The translations under genes and the position numbers were made by a program. From an uncultured bacterium (GTDB lineage: Bacteria; Bacteroidota; Bacteroidia; Cytophagales; Cyclobacteriaceae): DNA of 32,550 bases. The notes under the pieces were generated by a model. It did not search any database and was not told the origin of the DNA. It saw only the letters and a list, made by a program, of their open reading frames with translations. Where the stretch lies: contig CBDVAV010000001.1 of NCBI GenBank assembly GCA_965372055.1, positions 1 to 32,550 on the forward strand, read 5' to 3'. Each line of letters opens with the position of its first letter. Position 1 is the stretch's first letter. Shown in pieces: positions 24,126 through 32,550 of the stretch.

Positions 24126-24352
24126 TCTTCCTGATTCAGCATTAAATGTACAATTCCACTTCCAATAATCACCCGAATTTCTTTGGTGATAATAATATCA
24201 ATCGACAGTCAAATTTACAATCAGAAATGGAATCTTAATTAGTTAAAAAGTCAGAATAATATATTAGGCCGTATTCGATTTTTTTCTGGTTTAGTTTTAT
24301 ACAAAACAAAAACGGCTAAATAAGTTATCTTTACTATCGCAAATTCAATGTT

Positions 24353-24568
24353 ATGAAATTAACAGCAATTATAGAGAAGTCAGAAGATGACTGGTTTGTA
24401 GGTCAGATTGAAGAAATACCAGCAACGATATCCCAAGGGAAAACCATAGAAGAATTAAAGGCAAATCTTATAGATGCACTCAATCTTTTGCTGGAAGTCA
24501 ACAAAGAAAATACACAAAAAGAATACAAAGGTAAAAATGTTATTCGTGAAGAACTGATCTTTGTCTAA
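24353..24568 (+). CDS. hicB: HicB-family antitoxin (UPF0150 type)
   Basis: MKLTAIIEKSEDDWFVGQIEEIPATISQGKTIEELKANLIDALNLLLE has the typical HicB N-terminal fold pattern. A hicA remnant follows immediately. Confidence 0.75.
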   Translation: MKLTAIIEKSEDDWFVGQIEEIPATISQGKTIEELKANLIDALNLLLEVNKENTQKEYKGKNVIREELIFV

Positions 24569-24573
24569 GTGAA

Positions 24574-24758
24574 ATGAAACCGTCTGCTCAAACACCTTAA
24601 AAAGCATGGATGTATTTTACTTGAGGGAAGGAGGTAATCATTCTATCTATCTAAATCCTGCTAATAAAAAGCAATCAGCAGTTGGCAGGCACAAAGAACT
24701 ATCTGATTTATTATGTAACAAAATCTGTAAGCAACTTGGTATTTTAAAAATCAATTGA
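24574..24758 (+). pseudogene. hicA: HicA-family toxin with at least two frameshifts
   Basis: ATG is in frame 1, ..RLLKHLKKHGCILL in frame 2, and REGGNHSIYLNPANKKQSAVGRHKELSDLLCNKICKQLGILKIN* in frame 0. No single open frame exists. Confidence 0.75.
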
Positions 24759-24860
24759 ACTGAAAAGGTTAGTAGACCCATTGATTTTCTATCGCATATT
24801 GGTCTGCTTCCCTTATTTTAGGAGCTGATAAGATTTTCATTCTTCCAAATTCCGCATTAA

Positions 24861-25763
24861 ATGTACAATTTCACCTCCAGTAATCACCCGAATTTCTTTG
24901 GTGACAATAATATCAATCGACAGGCAAATTTAAGAAAAGACCACAAATGGGTTCTTAAACAGTTAAAAAATAATCAGACAGTAATAATCCCGGTAATAAA
25001 TTCACAGGTACTGATCAAGAACAGCGATCCACCTCAAATAGTTAATTTCAAAACAAACCAATTCCCAGATGCAAAGTTTGAAGACTTCATTTTGCTCGGC
25101 GAGTTTAATGGCCAAACTTATTTTACTATCTCACGAAAAAATTTTGACCTTCCAAATAATACTGAATTATATGATTTGAAGATGGTTGCTTCCTTGCTCG
25201 ATAGATCTAGCGCTGGGCTATTGGCCTTTGCCACGGGTATTGCCCATTGGCACGAAACCCACTTGTTTTGTGGAAAGTGTGGAAGTGAAACCATAGTTAA
25301 AGAAGCTGGGCACCAGCGAACCTGCAAAAACGAATCATGCCAAAGCAAGATCTTTCCTCGCACGGATCCTGCCATTATCACATTGGTTTTAAACAAGGAT
25401 GCTTGTTTATTGGGCCGAAATGATAGATGGCCAAAAGGGGTATATTCCACACTGGCCGGTTTTGTAGAACCTGGGGAAAGCCTTGAGGAAGCAGTTAAGC
25501 GGGAAGTAATGGAAGAAGCCGGGGTGATAATCAAAGAGACACAATACCATTCATCCCAGCCTTGGCCTTTCCCCTCGTCCATTATGTTGGGGTTTATTTC
25601 AATTGCAGAAAATCGTGAGCTAAATATAAATTATGATGAACTGGAGGATGCCAGGTGGTTTACAAAATATGAATTATTGGAAATGATTGAAAAGAAAACA
25701 GTTTACTTGCCCAATAAATTTTCAATTGCCAACAGGTTGATCACAGAGTGGCTTAATACTTAA
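24861..25763 (+). CDS. nudC: NAD(+) diphosphatase / NADH pyrophosphatase (Nudix, zinc ribbon)
   Basis: Zinc ribbon CGKCGSETIVKEAGHQRTCKNESC, Nudix box GFVEPGESLEEAVKREVMEEAGV, and SQPWPFPSS. Confidence 0.9.
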   Translation: MYNFTSSNHPNFFGDNNINRQANLRKDHKWVLKQLKNNQTVIIPVINSQVLIKNSDPPQIVNFKTNQFPDAKFEDFILLGEFNGQTYFTISRKNFDLPNNTELYDLKMVASLLDRSSAGLLAFATGIAHWHETHLFCGKCGSETIVKEAGHQRTCKNESCQSKIFPRTDPAIITLVLNKDACLLGRNDRWPKGVYSTLAGFVEPGESLEEAVKREVMEEAGVIIKETQYHSSQPWPFPSSIMLGFISIAENRELNINYDELEDARWFTKYELLEMIEKKTVYLPNKFSIANRLITEWLNT

Positions 25764-26389
25764 AAATTTATAGGATCAAAATGCTTGAAATGGCCATTCA
25801 TTTTAATGTTTTCTTTAGTCTTGTCCATTTCCCTCATAGTTGGAATTGAACTGCTTAAATGATCGATAAGGAATTGTTGTCTATTATTCTCACTCTTTAA
25901 TTTAAGCAATTCATATTCCTGTATTTTCGTTAACCCTACTTTATGGGCCAGAGAAAACGAATTATGGTAATTCTCCAATGTGTAATTAATGTTGATCTTT
26001 AAGATTTCATAAAGTGTGTTTACAAGATCAATCAGTTTCATGCTTAATGATTCATCCCCTGCCATATCATTTGGAAAGAATTCCACTTCACCCTCAGCAT
26101 AGAGTTTTCCTTTTTTGGGGTTTTGCTGATTCAAAACATTAAAGACCCTTAAACCAAGGGTGATGATATCCATCCTACCATCATCATAAAGCTTCTCCAC
26201 TGATTTTATTTCCATTTCAGTCCCCAATTCGAGCTTTTTGTTTACATATGACGGAATGCCCAATTTCATCTTTTCCAACATACAATCATTAATCAATTCT
26301 TTATATCGGGGCTCGAATATATGAAGGTTTAGTTCCTCTCCTGGAAACACCACCAGGTTCAATGGAAATAAAGGAAGGATATTGCTCAT
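25760..26389 (-). CDS. Lon N-terminal (substrate-binding) domain protein
   Basis: The N-terminus LPLFPLNLVVFPGEELNLHIFEPRYKELI is typical of LON-domain-only proteins. Confidence 0.75.
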   Translation of the reverse strand: MSNILPLFPLNLVVFPGEELNLHIFEPRYKELINDCMLEKMKLGIPSYVNKKLELGTEMEIKSVEKLYDDGRMDIITLGLRVFNVLNQQNPKKGKLYAEGEVEFFPNDMAGDESLSMKLIDLVNTLYEILKININYTLENYHNSFSLAHKVGLTKIQEYELLKLKSENNRQQFLIDHLSSSIPTMREMDKTKENIKMNGHFKHFDPINF

Positions 26390-26464
26390 ACTTCCTTTAA
26401 CTTAATGACTGGAATTTTGTTTTGGCAATTTTCTGTAATAAGGCAATTGGGTATTCTAATCCAC

Positions 26465-27730
26465 TTACATATTGTTGACTATTTCCTGGGCAAACTCAGA
26501 GCATTTCTTTAAAGTTGCATTTTCTGTTAGCCTGTGGAAATCGTAGGTAACTGTTTTATTTGATATGGTTTTCTCCAATCCAGAATAAATAAGCTCGGTA
26601 GCTTGCTTCCATCCTATGTATTCCAGCATCATGGCTCCCGAAAGTATAACAGATCCAGGGTTCACCTTGTCCTGTCCCGCATATTTAGGAGCAGTTCCGT
26701 GGGTTGCTTCAAAAATAGCGTTGCCAGTGACGTAATTAATGTTGGCTCCGGGAGCAATCCCAATGCCTCCAACTATGGCAGCCAATGCATCAGAAATGTA
26801 GTCGCCATTGAGGTTTAAGGTGGCAATTACAGAATATTCAGCCGGACGTGTAAGTATCTGCTGTAGAAACGCATCGGCGATTACATCTTTAATGATGATC
26901 TTTCCATCCTTGATCGCCTGGTCTTGAATTTCATCGGCCACAGGTTTACCCTGCTTTTCGGTTATTCTGTCATGTTGTTGCCAGGTAAACACCCTATCAG
27001 CGAATTCCCTTTCTGCCAATTCATAGCCCCAGTTCTTGAAGGCTCCCTCTGTAAATTTCATTATGTTCCCTTTATGCACCAGGGTGACCGATGGCCTGTT
27101 GTTGTCGATGGCAAAGTGTATTGCTGCCCTTACTAACCTTTCAGTTCCTTCAAGTGAAACAGGTTTAATACCAATCGAAGCTGTTTTTGGAAAACGGATT
27201 TTTTTCACACCCATCTCATTAATGAGAAAATCCTTAATTTTCTCATTCTCCGGGGTTCCGTGCATGTACTCTATCCCTGCATAAATATCTTCTGTATTTT
27301 CCCTAAATATCACCATATCGGTGGTACTGGGGTCTTTTACCGGAGATGGCACACCTTTAAACCATCTCACTGGCCTGACACAGGAGTACAGGTCAAGTTC
27401 TTGTCTTATTGCAACATTTAGTGACCTTATCCCTCCGCCAACAGGTGTAGTTAAAGGCCCTTTGATTCCGACCAAATATTCCCTAAATATTTGTAAGGTT
27501 TCTACCGGAAGCCAGCTCCCTGTTTCTTTAAAAGCTTTTTCCCCTGCAAGCACCTCTTTCCATTCTATTTTCTTTTCTCCATTATATGCTTTTTCCACGG
27601 CAGCATCAAGCACTAATTTTGATGCAGGCCAGATGTCAATTCCTGTTCCATCGCCCTCAATAAAAGGAATTACCGGATTATCAGGTACTGTGAGATTACC
27701 ATTCTCAATGGTGATTTTTTGTTCGCTCAT
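26465..27730 (-). CDS. icd: NADP-dependent isocitrate dehydrogenase
   Basis: 421 aa with [45 protein letters not shown] and [15 protein letters not shown]. Confidence 0.95.
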   Translation of the reverse strand: MSEQKITIENGNLTVPDNPVIPFIEGDGTGIDIWPASKLVLDAAVEKAYNGEKKIEWKEVLAGEKAFKETGSWLPVETLQIFREYLVGIKGPLTTPVGGGIRSLNVAIRQELDLYSCVRPVRWFKGVPSPVKDPSTTDMVIFRENTEDIYAGIEYMHGTPENEKIKDFLINEMGVKKIRFPKTASIGIKPVSLEGTERLVRAAIHFAIDNNRPSVTLVHKGNIMKFTEGAFKNWGYELAEREFADRVFTWQQHDRITEKQGKPVADEIQDQAIKDGKIIIKDVIADAFLQQILTRPAEYSVIATLNLNGDYISDALAAIVGGIGIAPGANINYVTGNAIFEATHGTAPKYAGQDKVNPGSVILSGAMMLEYIGWKQATELIYSGLEKTISNKTVTYDFHRLTENATLKKCSEFAQEIVNNM

Positions 27731-27817
27731 GCTATAATTTTATTAATAATCAATATTCTGTAGAATGAGCGAATTTAACAATTTAATAGTTCAAAAAAGG
27801 GTAACCAGTGAGGAAGG

Positions 27818-28642
27818 TTAGTAACTTTCTTTTTCATTGGGAAACTCACCGGTTTTCACGTCACCAATGTAATTAGTAATGGCATTGGTGACCACCGAAT
27901 TCAAATCGGCATAAGTCCGTAAAAACCTTGGTTTAAACTCTTGGGTAATGCCCAACATATCCTGCATTACCAATACCTGTCCATCAACATAAGGGCCTGC
28001 ACCAATCCCTATTATTGGAACATTTATTTTTTCAGCCACAATTTTTGCTAAATGCGACGGTATCTTTTCCAGGACAATGCCAAAACAACCACAATCTTCC
28101 AATACTTTAGCGTCTTTCACTAATTTATTCGCTTCAGCATCTTCCTTTGCCCTAACTGTATAGGTGCCAAATTTAAATATTGATTGAGGTGTAAGTCCGA
28201 GATGCCCCATTACAGGTACTCCCGCACTTAAAATCCTGGAAACAGATTCCTGAATCTCCTTTCCTCCTTCCACTTTAACACCATGTGCCCCTGATTCCTT
28301 CATGATCCTAATAGCAGACCGCAGTGCTTCAGATGAATTTCCCTGGTATGATCCGAAGGGTATATCAACTATCACAAACGCCCTGTCAACAGCCTTCACT
28401 ACGCCGCTGGCATGGTAGATCATTTGATCGAGGGTAATGGGAAGAGTGGTTTCATTGCCAGCCATGACATTGGAGGCGGAATCCCCGACCAGTAAAACAT
28501 CTATACCAGCGGCATCGAGAATCCGGGCCATGGAATAATCGTATGCTGTCAGCATTGCAATTTTCTCACCCCGGTTTTTCATCTCCTGTAATTGGTGGGT
28601 GGTGATTTTCTTAATATTTGATTTATGAACTGACATTTTCAA
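27818..28642 (-). CDS. panB: 3-methyl-2-oxobutanoate hydroxymethyltransferase
   Basis: [32 protein letters not shown] and PIIGIGAG motifs. Confidence 0.95.
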   Translation of the reverse strand: MKMSVHKSNIKKITTHQLQEMKNRGEKIAMLTAYDYSMARILDAAGIDVLLVGDSASNVMAGNETTLPITLDQMIYHASGVVKAVDRAFVIVDIPFGSYQGNSSEALRSAIRIMKESGAHGVKVEGGKEIQESVSRILSAGVPVMGHLGLTPQSIFKFGTYTVRAKEDAEANKLVKDAKVLEDCGCFGIVLEKIPSHLAKIVAEKINVPIIGIGAGPYVDGQVLVMQDMLGITQEFKPRFLRTYADLNSVVTNAITNYIGDVKTGEFPNEKESY

Positions 28643-29145
28643 TGCAAATAAACTTCCTTTTTCTTTTTATTTAGTACTACTTCAACGTGTTCATTCAAGG
28701 TGGTTGATAATTCATACCCAGTATAATTTGAAGAGATCGGAAACTGGGTATGACTACGATTTACCAATACTGCGACTTCGATCTTTTTAACTTTAATATC
28801 AAGAAAGGGTCGCATGCTGTAAGCAAATGTTTTACCAGTGTTCAACACATCGTCCACTAAAATTATGGTTTTGTTGCTCAAAGTATTTGTATCACAATTT
28901 ATAGTGGTATTGTCGGCCATTGGATTTACCTTATCAAGGTCAATCTTTACCAGATTTAACTTTATTGGTGATATATCGTCTAACTCCTTAAATAATAATT
29001 CTGCTAGTCTCATGCCTTTTTCACAAATCCCGGCAATCACCAACTCCTTTTCCCGAAAATTATTCTCATAAATCTCAAAGGCCATTCGCCTGATTTTTTG
29101 CATTACCTGGTCCCCAGTTAAAATACGATTGACAGACTTGTCCAT
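28639..29145 (-). CDS. Phosphoribosyltransferase-family protein, PyrR-like
   Basis: PRPP loop [13 protein letters not shown], and [21 protein letters not shown] matches the PyrR pattern VDRGHRELPIRADYVG. It overlaps panB by 4 nt. Confidence 0.65.
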   Translation of the reverse strand: MDKSVNRILTGDQVMQKIRRMAFEIYENNFREKELVIAGICEKGMRLAELLFKELDDISPIKLNLVKIDLDKVNPMADNTTINCDTNTLSNKTIILVDDVLNTGKTFAYSMRPFLDIKVKKIEVAVLVNRSHTQFPISSNYTGYELSTTLNEHVEVVLNKKKKEVYLH

Positions 29146-29374
29146 ATTTCAATTTCTATATTAAGGCATTAGATGCTATGTTTAAAAGTAGGAAGAATTA
29201 ACATAATTTGCATATTATCCACTTCATCATTTCACAGATTTCCTTTCAAGCATCATTTATTCATACTTAAGGATTTCAAGAGTACATTAATATCATCATT
29301 TCAATTTTATGTATATCAGGTTCGGGGACAATTATGCACTATAATCACAATTTCTTTGAAATTGCAAATGTAAA

Positions 29375-29388
29375 GTGTAACCTTACAC
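29375..29388. promoter_or_regulatory. Perfect inverted repeat GTGTAA-cc-TTACAC 16 nt upstream of higB, a candidate HigA operator
   Basis: Direct reading. The position immediately upstream of the TA operon start fits an operator. Confidence 0.45.
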
Positions 29389-29403
29389 CATACTGTTTCT
29401 TTA

Positions 29404-29682
29404 ATGATTAAAAGCATTAAGAATAAATCCCTTAAATTACTATTTGAGAAGGGGGATAGTTCTAAAATTCGTCCTGATCAATTAAGGAATATTGAAAACA
29501 TCCTTACAAGGCTTCAAGCTGCGAAAGAAATTAAAGACATGAATGCACCAAGTCTGAAACTACATGAACTTAAAGCAGAACGTAAAGGGATTTGGGCAGT
29601 AACAGTTAATGGGAATTGGAGAATTTCATTCCAATTTAATAATGGGGATGTATTTGATGTAAAATTAGAAGATTATCATTAG
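29404..29682 (+). CDS. higB: HigB-type (RelE/ParE superfamily, killer protein) toxin
   Basis: 92 aa: KSLKLLFEKGDSSKIRPDQ...LHELKAERKGIWAVTVNGNWRISFQFNNGDVFDVKLEDYH matches the family pattern. Confidence 0.85.
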   Translation: MIKSIKNKSLKLLFEKGDSSKIRPDQLRNIENILTRLQAAKEIKDMNAPSLKLHELKAERKGIWAVTVNGNWRISFQFNNGDVFDVKLEDYH

Positions 29683-29684
29683 TA

Positions 29685-29984
29685 ATGGGAACAATGTTAA
29701 AACCGGTTCATCCTGGAAGAATTATCAGGGATGACTATCTGAAACCTTTGGAATTAACTACTGGTGCCCTGGCTGAAGCACTTGGGGTTAGTAGGCAGAC
29801 TATGGCTGCGATATTGAACGCGCGGGCCGGAGTTAGTCCAGAAATGGCTTTGAGGCTTGCAGAAGCTTTTGATACAACTGCCGATTTTTGGATAGCTATG
29901 CAAAGAAATTATGACCTATACAAGGCAAAGAAAAAATTTACTCCAAGGGGAATTGTAAAAAGAATTTACAATAATCCGATTTGA
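29685..29984 (+). CDS. higA: HigA-type antitoxin (XRE-family HTH)
   Basis: HPGRIIRDDYLKPLELTTGALAEALGVSRQTMAAILNARAGVSPEMALRLAEAF. The gene starts 2 nt after higB. Confidence 0.85.
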   Translation: MGTMLKPVHPGRIIRDDYLKPLELTTGALAEALGVSRQTMAAILNARAGVSPEMALRLAEAFDTTADFWIAMQRNYDLYKAKKKFTPRGIVKRIYNNPI

Positions 29985-29991
29985 TTTAAAG

Positions 29992-32550
29992 CTATCGAAT
30001 AACCACACGGAAAAGTTTGTAGGTGTCCTCGTAAGTTACTTGCAACAAATATAAGCCAGGATTAAATCCAGGGGTCTCTATTGTAATGGTATTTAGCCCA
30101 GTGGGCACATCATTTACCGTCTTCTCATAAACTGATTCCCCTATAGAGTTTATTAATCTAAGATTTACATTTTTCATCTCCGGGATCAAAAGCGAAATGC
30201 TGACCTGATCTTCGACTGGGTTTGGAAACGGATCAAATATTAGGGGGTGCCCTTCGAAATTTATGCAAACCTCATTGTTAGAAACATCACTCTCGATGTA
30301 TGAATCATTGAGAGGTTTCAAGGTAAAGCAAACAAATTCCAATTGTTCTTTAGTAAGGTTGGGAATTTTAAAGTCCAAAGTATAATTTCTGGATTCAAGA
30401 GGAATTATGGAACCACTAAATGATTCTACAAAGTTTAAAGTGCCCAGGTTTATTAAAATATCCATTTCATCAATTGTTACCGTTCCATTGTTGGTAATAG
30501 ACAATACAATTTTAAGGTTACCATTCTCTTCCACTAGGTTTACATTTTCCAAAGCTATTTCCAAGTCCGGAACTACTACTTGTATCAGTTTACTGTCAGA
30601 TAAGGTACAGCCAAATTCATTGGTGGCTTCCAATGTTACATTATAATCTCCAAGCACATCAAAAATGAAGGTGGTATCCCTGGCACTACTACGGGTATCA
30701 TTGGGATCCTGAAATATCCATTGAAATAAATCAGCATCTTGTGTTGTATTGGTAAAATCAACTGTTAAGGGTGCTGCACCAAATTCGATGGAAGTTTCAA
30801 ATCCCGGTGTTGGCACATCATTTACTTCCAAATTTTTCGCAACAAATTGATCGCAACCATTAGCAGTGGTGACTGTTAATGAAACCATTTGAGTCCCCGT
30901 TGAAAGAAAAGTATGATTCATTATCCCTGTTTGAGTGCTAACCGTATCTCCATTGATATCCCATAACCACTCAATCACATCATCGGCTTGTCGAACAGTA
31001 ACATCTTGGAATTCAGAAACTTGTCCTACACAAAGTGGCCCAAAGCTAAAATCTGGCAATAATTCTTCAGCAACATCTATTGATTTTGAAACGAATACTG
31101 AGCAAAAATTATCAAATGCAAGGGAAAGGTTAACCTGTCGTATACCCGGAGTTAAGAACTGATACTTAGGATCGGTTCCGGTAAGCATTTCCCCATCCAC
31201 ATCCCAGATATAATCGGTTACATTTACACCATTCGCTAATACAGAAGTGTCATGGAAATTAACAGAATCCATTACACAATTTCGCTTCCAGGTAAAATCT
31301 GCTAAAGCTGTTGGCAGTACTTCGATATTGAGGATTGTTGAGTCCTGGCAACCAAAGTTTGAAGTGGTTACTAATTTTACATTGTAATTACCAGGTTCAG
31401 AATACAAATGTGCAGGATTGATTAACGAGGATTGGTTCGCAGAAGAGGCTGGATCACCAAAATCCCATTCCCAACCTGCAATATTGGCATTATTTACTAA
31501 TGATTGATCTATGAACTGGGTTGAATCCATGGCACAGGATAGTTCACTAAAGAAATCAGTGCCTGGGTTGGAATGAACACTGACTGGTTTTGATACCTGA
31601 TTGACACAGCCCAAAGCGTTCTCTACTGACAGAGTAGCATTATAAGTACCGGGATTTATATAGAAATTTCTTGGATCGCTGATACCAACTGCAGAGTTGC
31701 CATCGCCAAAGTCCCAGTTAACGGTTGTGATTCCACTACCAGTAGTCAGGTTTGTAAATTGCATGTCGTTGGTGTGGCAGATATCTGCAAAATCAAAGTC
31801 TACGGCTGGTCCTGCTTCAATATTCAGATTCTTTTGAATTTCTGTAACACAGCCAGGAATGGAAGTTGTGAGGGTTATTGTTTTTGATCCACCTGAGAGA
31901 AAAGTGAAGGATGTGTCCTGTTGATTGGAGCTTCCTTCCCCATTAAAATCCCACGACCATGTGATAACATTATCGGGTGGGCCAGTGGTAGCGTTGGTGA
32001 AACTAATTTCATTGTTTGAACAAATTATTCCAACAGGGAATGTAAAATCCGGTATTGGTTCATCATAGATGCTGATCTCTTGCACCAGTGTATTTCCACA
32101 GGTGCCATCATCAATGGTTAAGCGGACAGGATATGTGCCAGTAGAAAGGAATTGATGGGTAGTGTTCTGTCCTGATGCTGTGTTGCCGTCACCGAAGTCC
32201 CAATTCCAGGAGAGGATAGATGGGTCGTTATTGGAAGAGGCTGTAAAGCCATTTATGTTGGTAATACAGATGTTGTTGTTTATGAAATCAATTGAAGGGG
32301 CTTGATTGTTTGTAACAGTGATGAATTTTTCAGCAATGTCTGTATTCCCACCACTATTAAAAGCCGTTAACTCAATCGCATATTGCCCTGCTGTACTGTA
32401 ACTTAACCCAGATGGCTCAATATCAGTGCTATTTGAAATGGTAGGTATACTACAATTATCTGAAAAAGATATTCTACCAACCCTATTATTACTTTCTATT
32501 GTAAATATCCTCCAGTCAGGGGTGGTTTTTACAGCACTTAACCCAGCCCC
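29992..32550 (-). CDS. Large surface protein with tandem PKD domains and a T9SS C-terminal sorting domain; 5'-partial, continuing beyond the window
   Basis: Repeated W(D/E)FGDG...Y.V.L motifs recur about every 85 aa. The C-terminus is FPNPVEDQVSISL...GLYLLQV. I checked the minus-strand frame by hand from 32086 to 32550 and found it open, so the GTG at 32085 is not the true start. Confidence 0.85.
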   Translation of the reverse strand, partial: GAGLSAVKTTPDWRIFTIESNNRVGRISFSDNCSIPTISNSTDIEPSGLSYSTAGQYAIELTAFNSGGNTDIAEKFITVTNNQAPSIDFINNNICITNINGFTASSNNDPSILSWNWDFGDGNTASGQNTTHQFLSTGTYPVRLTIDDGTCGNTLVQEISIYDEPIPDFTFPVGIICSNNEISFTNATTGPPDNVITWSWDFNGEGSSNQQDTSFTFLSGGSKTITLTTSIPGCVTEIQKNLNIEAGPAVDFDFADICHTNDMQFTNLTTGSGITTVNWDFGDGNSAVGISDPRNFYINPGTYNATLSVENALGCVNQVSKPVSVHSNPGTDFFSELSCAMDSTQFIDQSLVNNANIAGWEWDFGDPASSANQSSLINPAHLYSEPGNYNVKLVTTSNFGCQDSTILNIEVLPTALADFTWKRNCVMDSVNFHDTSVLANGVNVTDYIWDVDGEMLTGTDPKYQFLTPGIRQVNLSLAFDNFCSVFVSKSIDVAEELLPDFSFGPLCVGQVSEFQDVTVRQADDVIEWLWDINGDTVSTQTGIMNHTFLSTGTQMVSLTVTTANGCDQFVAKNLEVNDVPTPGFETSIEFGAAPLTVDFTNTTQDADLFQWIFQDPNDTRSSARDTTFIFDVLGDYNVTLEATNEFGCTLSDSKLIQVVVPDLEIALENVNLVEENGNLKIVLSITNNGTVTIDEMDILINLGTLNFVESFSGSIIPLESRNYTLDFKIPNLTKEQLEFVCFTLKPLNDSYIESDVSNNEVCINFEGHPLIFDPFPNPVEDQVSISLLIPEMKNVNLRLINSIGESVYEKTVNDVPTGLNTITIETPGFNPGLYLLQVTYEDTYKLFRVVIR

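Noticed and set aside
29173-29373. 66-aa ORF in the pyrR-like/higB intergenic region
   Set aside because: It lies in an AT-rich promoter region between divergent genes, its translation is low-complexity, and it has no motif support.
32083-32085. GTG at 32085 as the start of the PKD/T9SS protein
   Set aside because: The upstream frame is open to the window edge and encodes a further canonical PKD domain (..WNWDFGDGNTASGQNTTHQFLSTGTYPVRLTIDDGTCGN..).

Overview
AT-rich chromosomal segment with Bacteroidota hallmarks: T9SS C-terminal sorting domains, PKD arrays and starts without Shine-Dalgarno sequences. The housekeeping genes are a creatininase-family gene, a Tat-signal class-V aminotransferase broken by one in-frame TAG, a sulfite reductase / cobA / sirC-like / cysH (APS-reductase type) operon, a GNAT, divergent nnr and nudC, a Lon-N-domain protein, icd, panB, a PyrR-like PRTase and a 5'-partial PKD/T9SS surface protein. 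The accessory material is two large paralogous TIR - membrane anchor - TolB-N-like - TPR receptor-like proteins, a TIR-less third paralog, several orphan membrane proteins, hicB with a decayed hicA, higBA, GIY-YIG gene fragments bounded by a palindromic repeat family, and Lrp/AsnC and aminotransferase gene debris. Four signals stand out. (1) Two tandem poly-cysteine leader ORFs (CCCCC and CCCC), each followed by a near-identical intrinsic terminator, sit in front of the sulfur-assimilation operon. A tRNA-Cys(GCA) gene with an unusual C at position 33 is wedged between the second terminator and the sulfite reductase start. (2) The TIR proteins have a predicted topology of cytoplasmic TIR and extracytoplasmic TPR sensor, and they are mosaic: TIR and TolB-N-like modules are conserved, membrane and TPR modules are swapped. 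(3) A directional ~85-115 bp intergenic element occurs four times (plus degenerate copies) between consecutive genes of a ~9.3 kb variable island. (4) Three separate accessory insertions are each bracketed by diverged direct copies of the ends of the neighbouring housekeeping genes, and the window contains no integrase or transposase. All functional calls come from motif recognition by eye; no database search was run.
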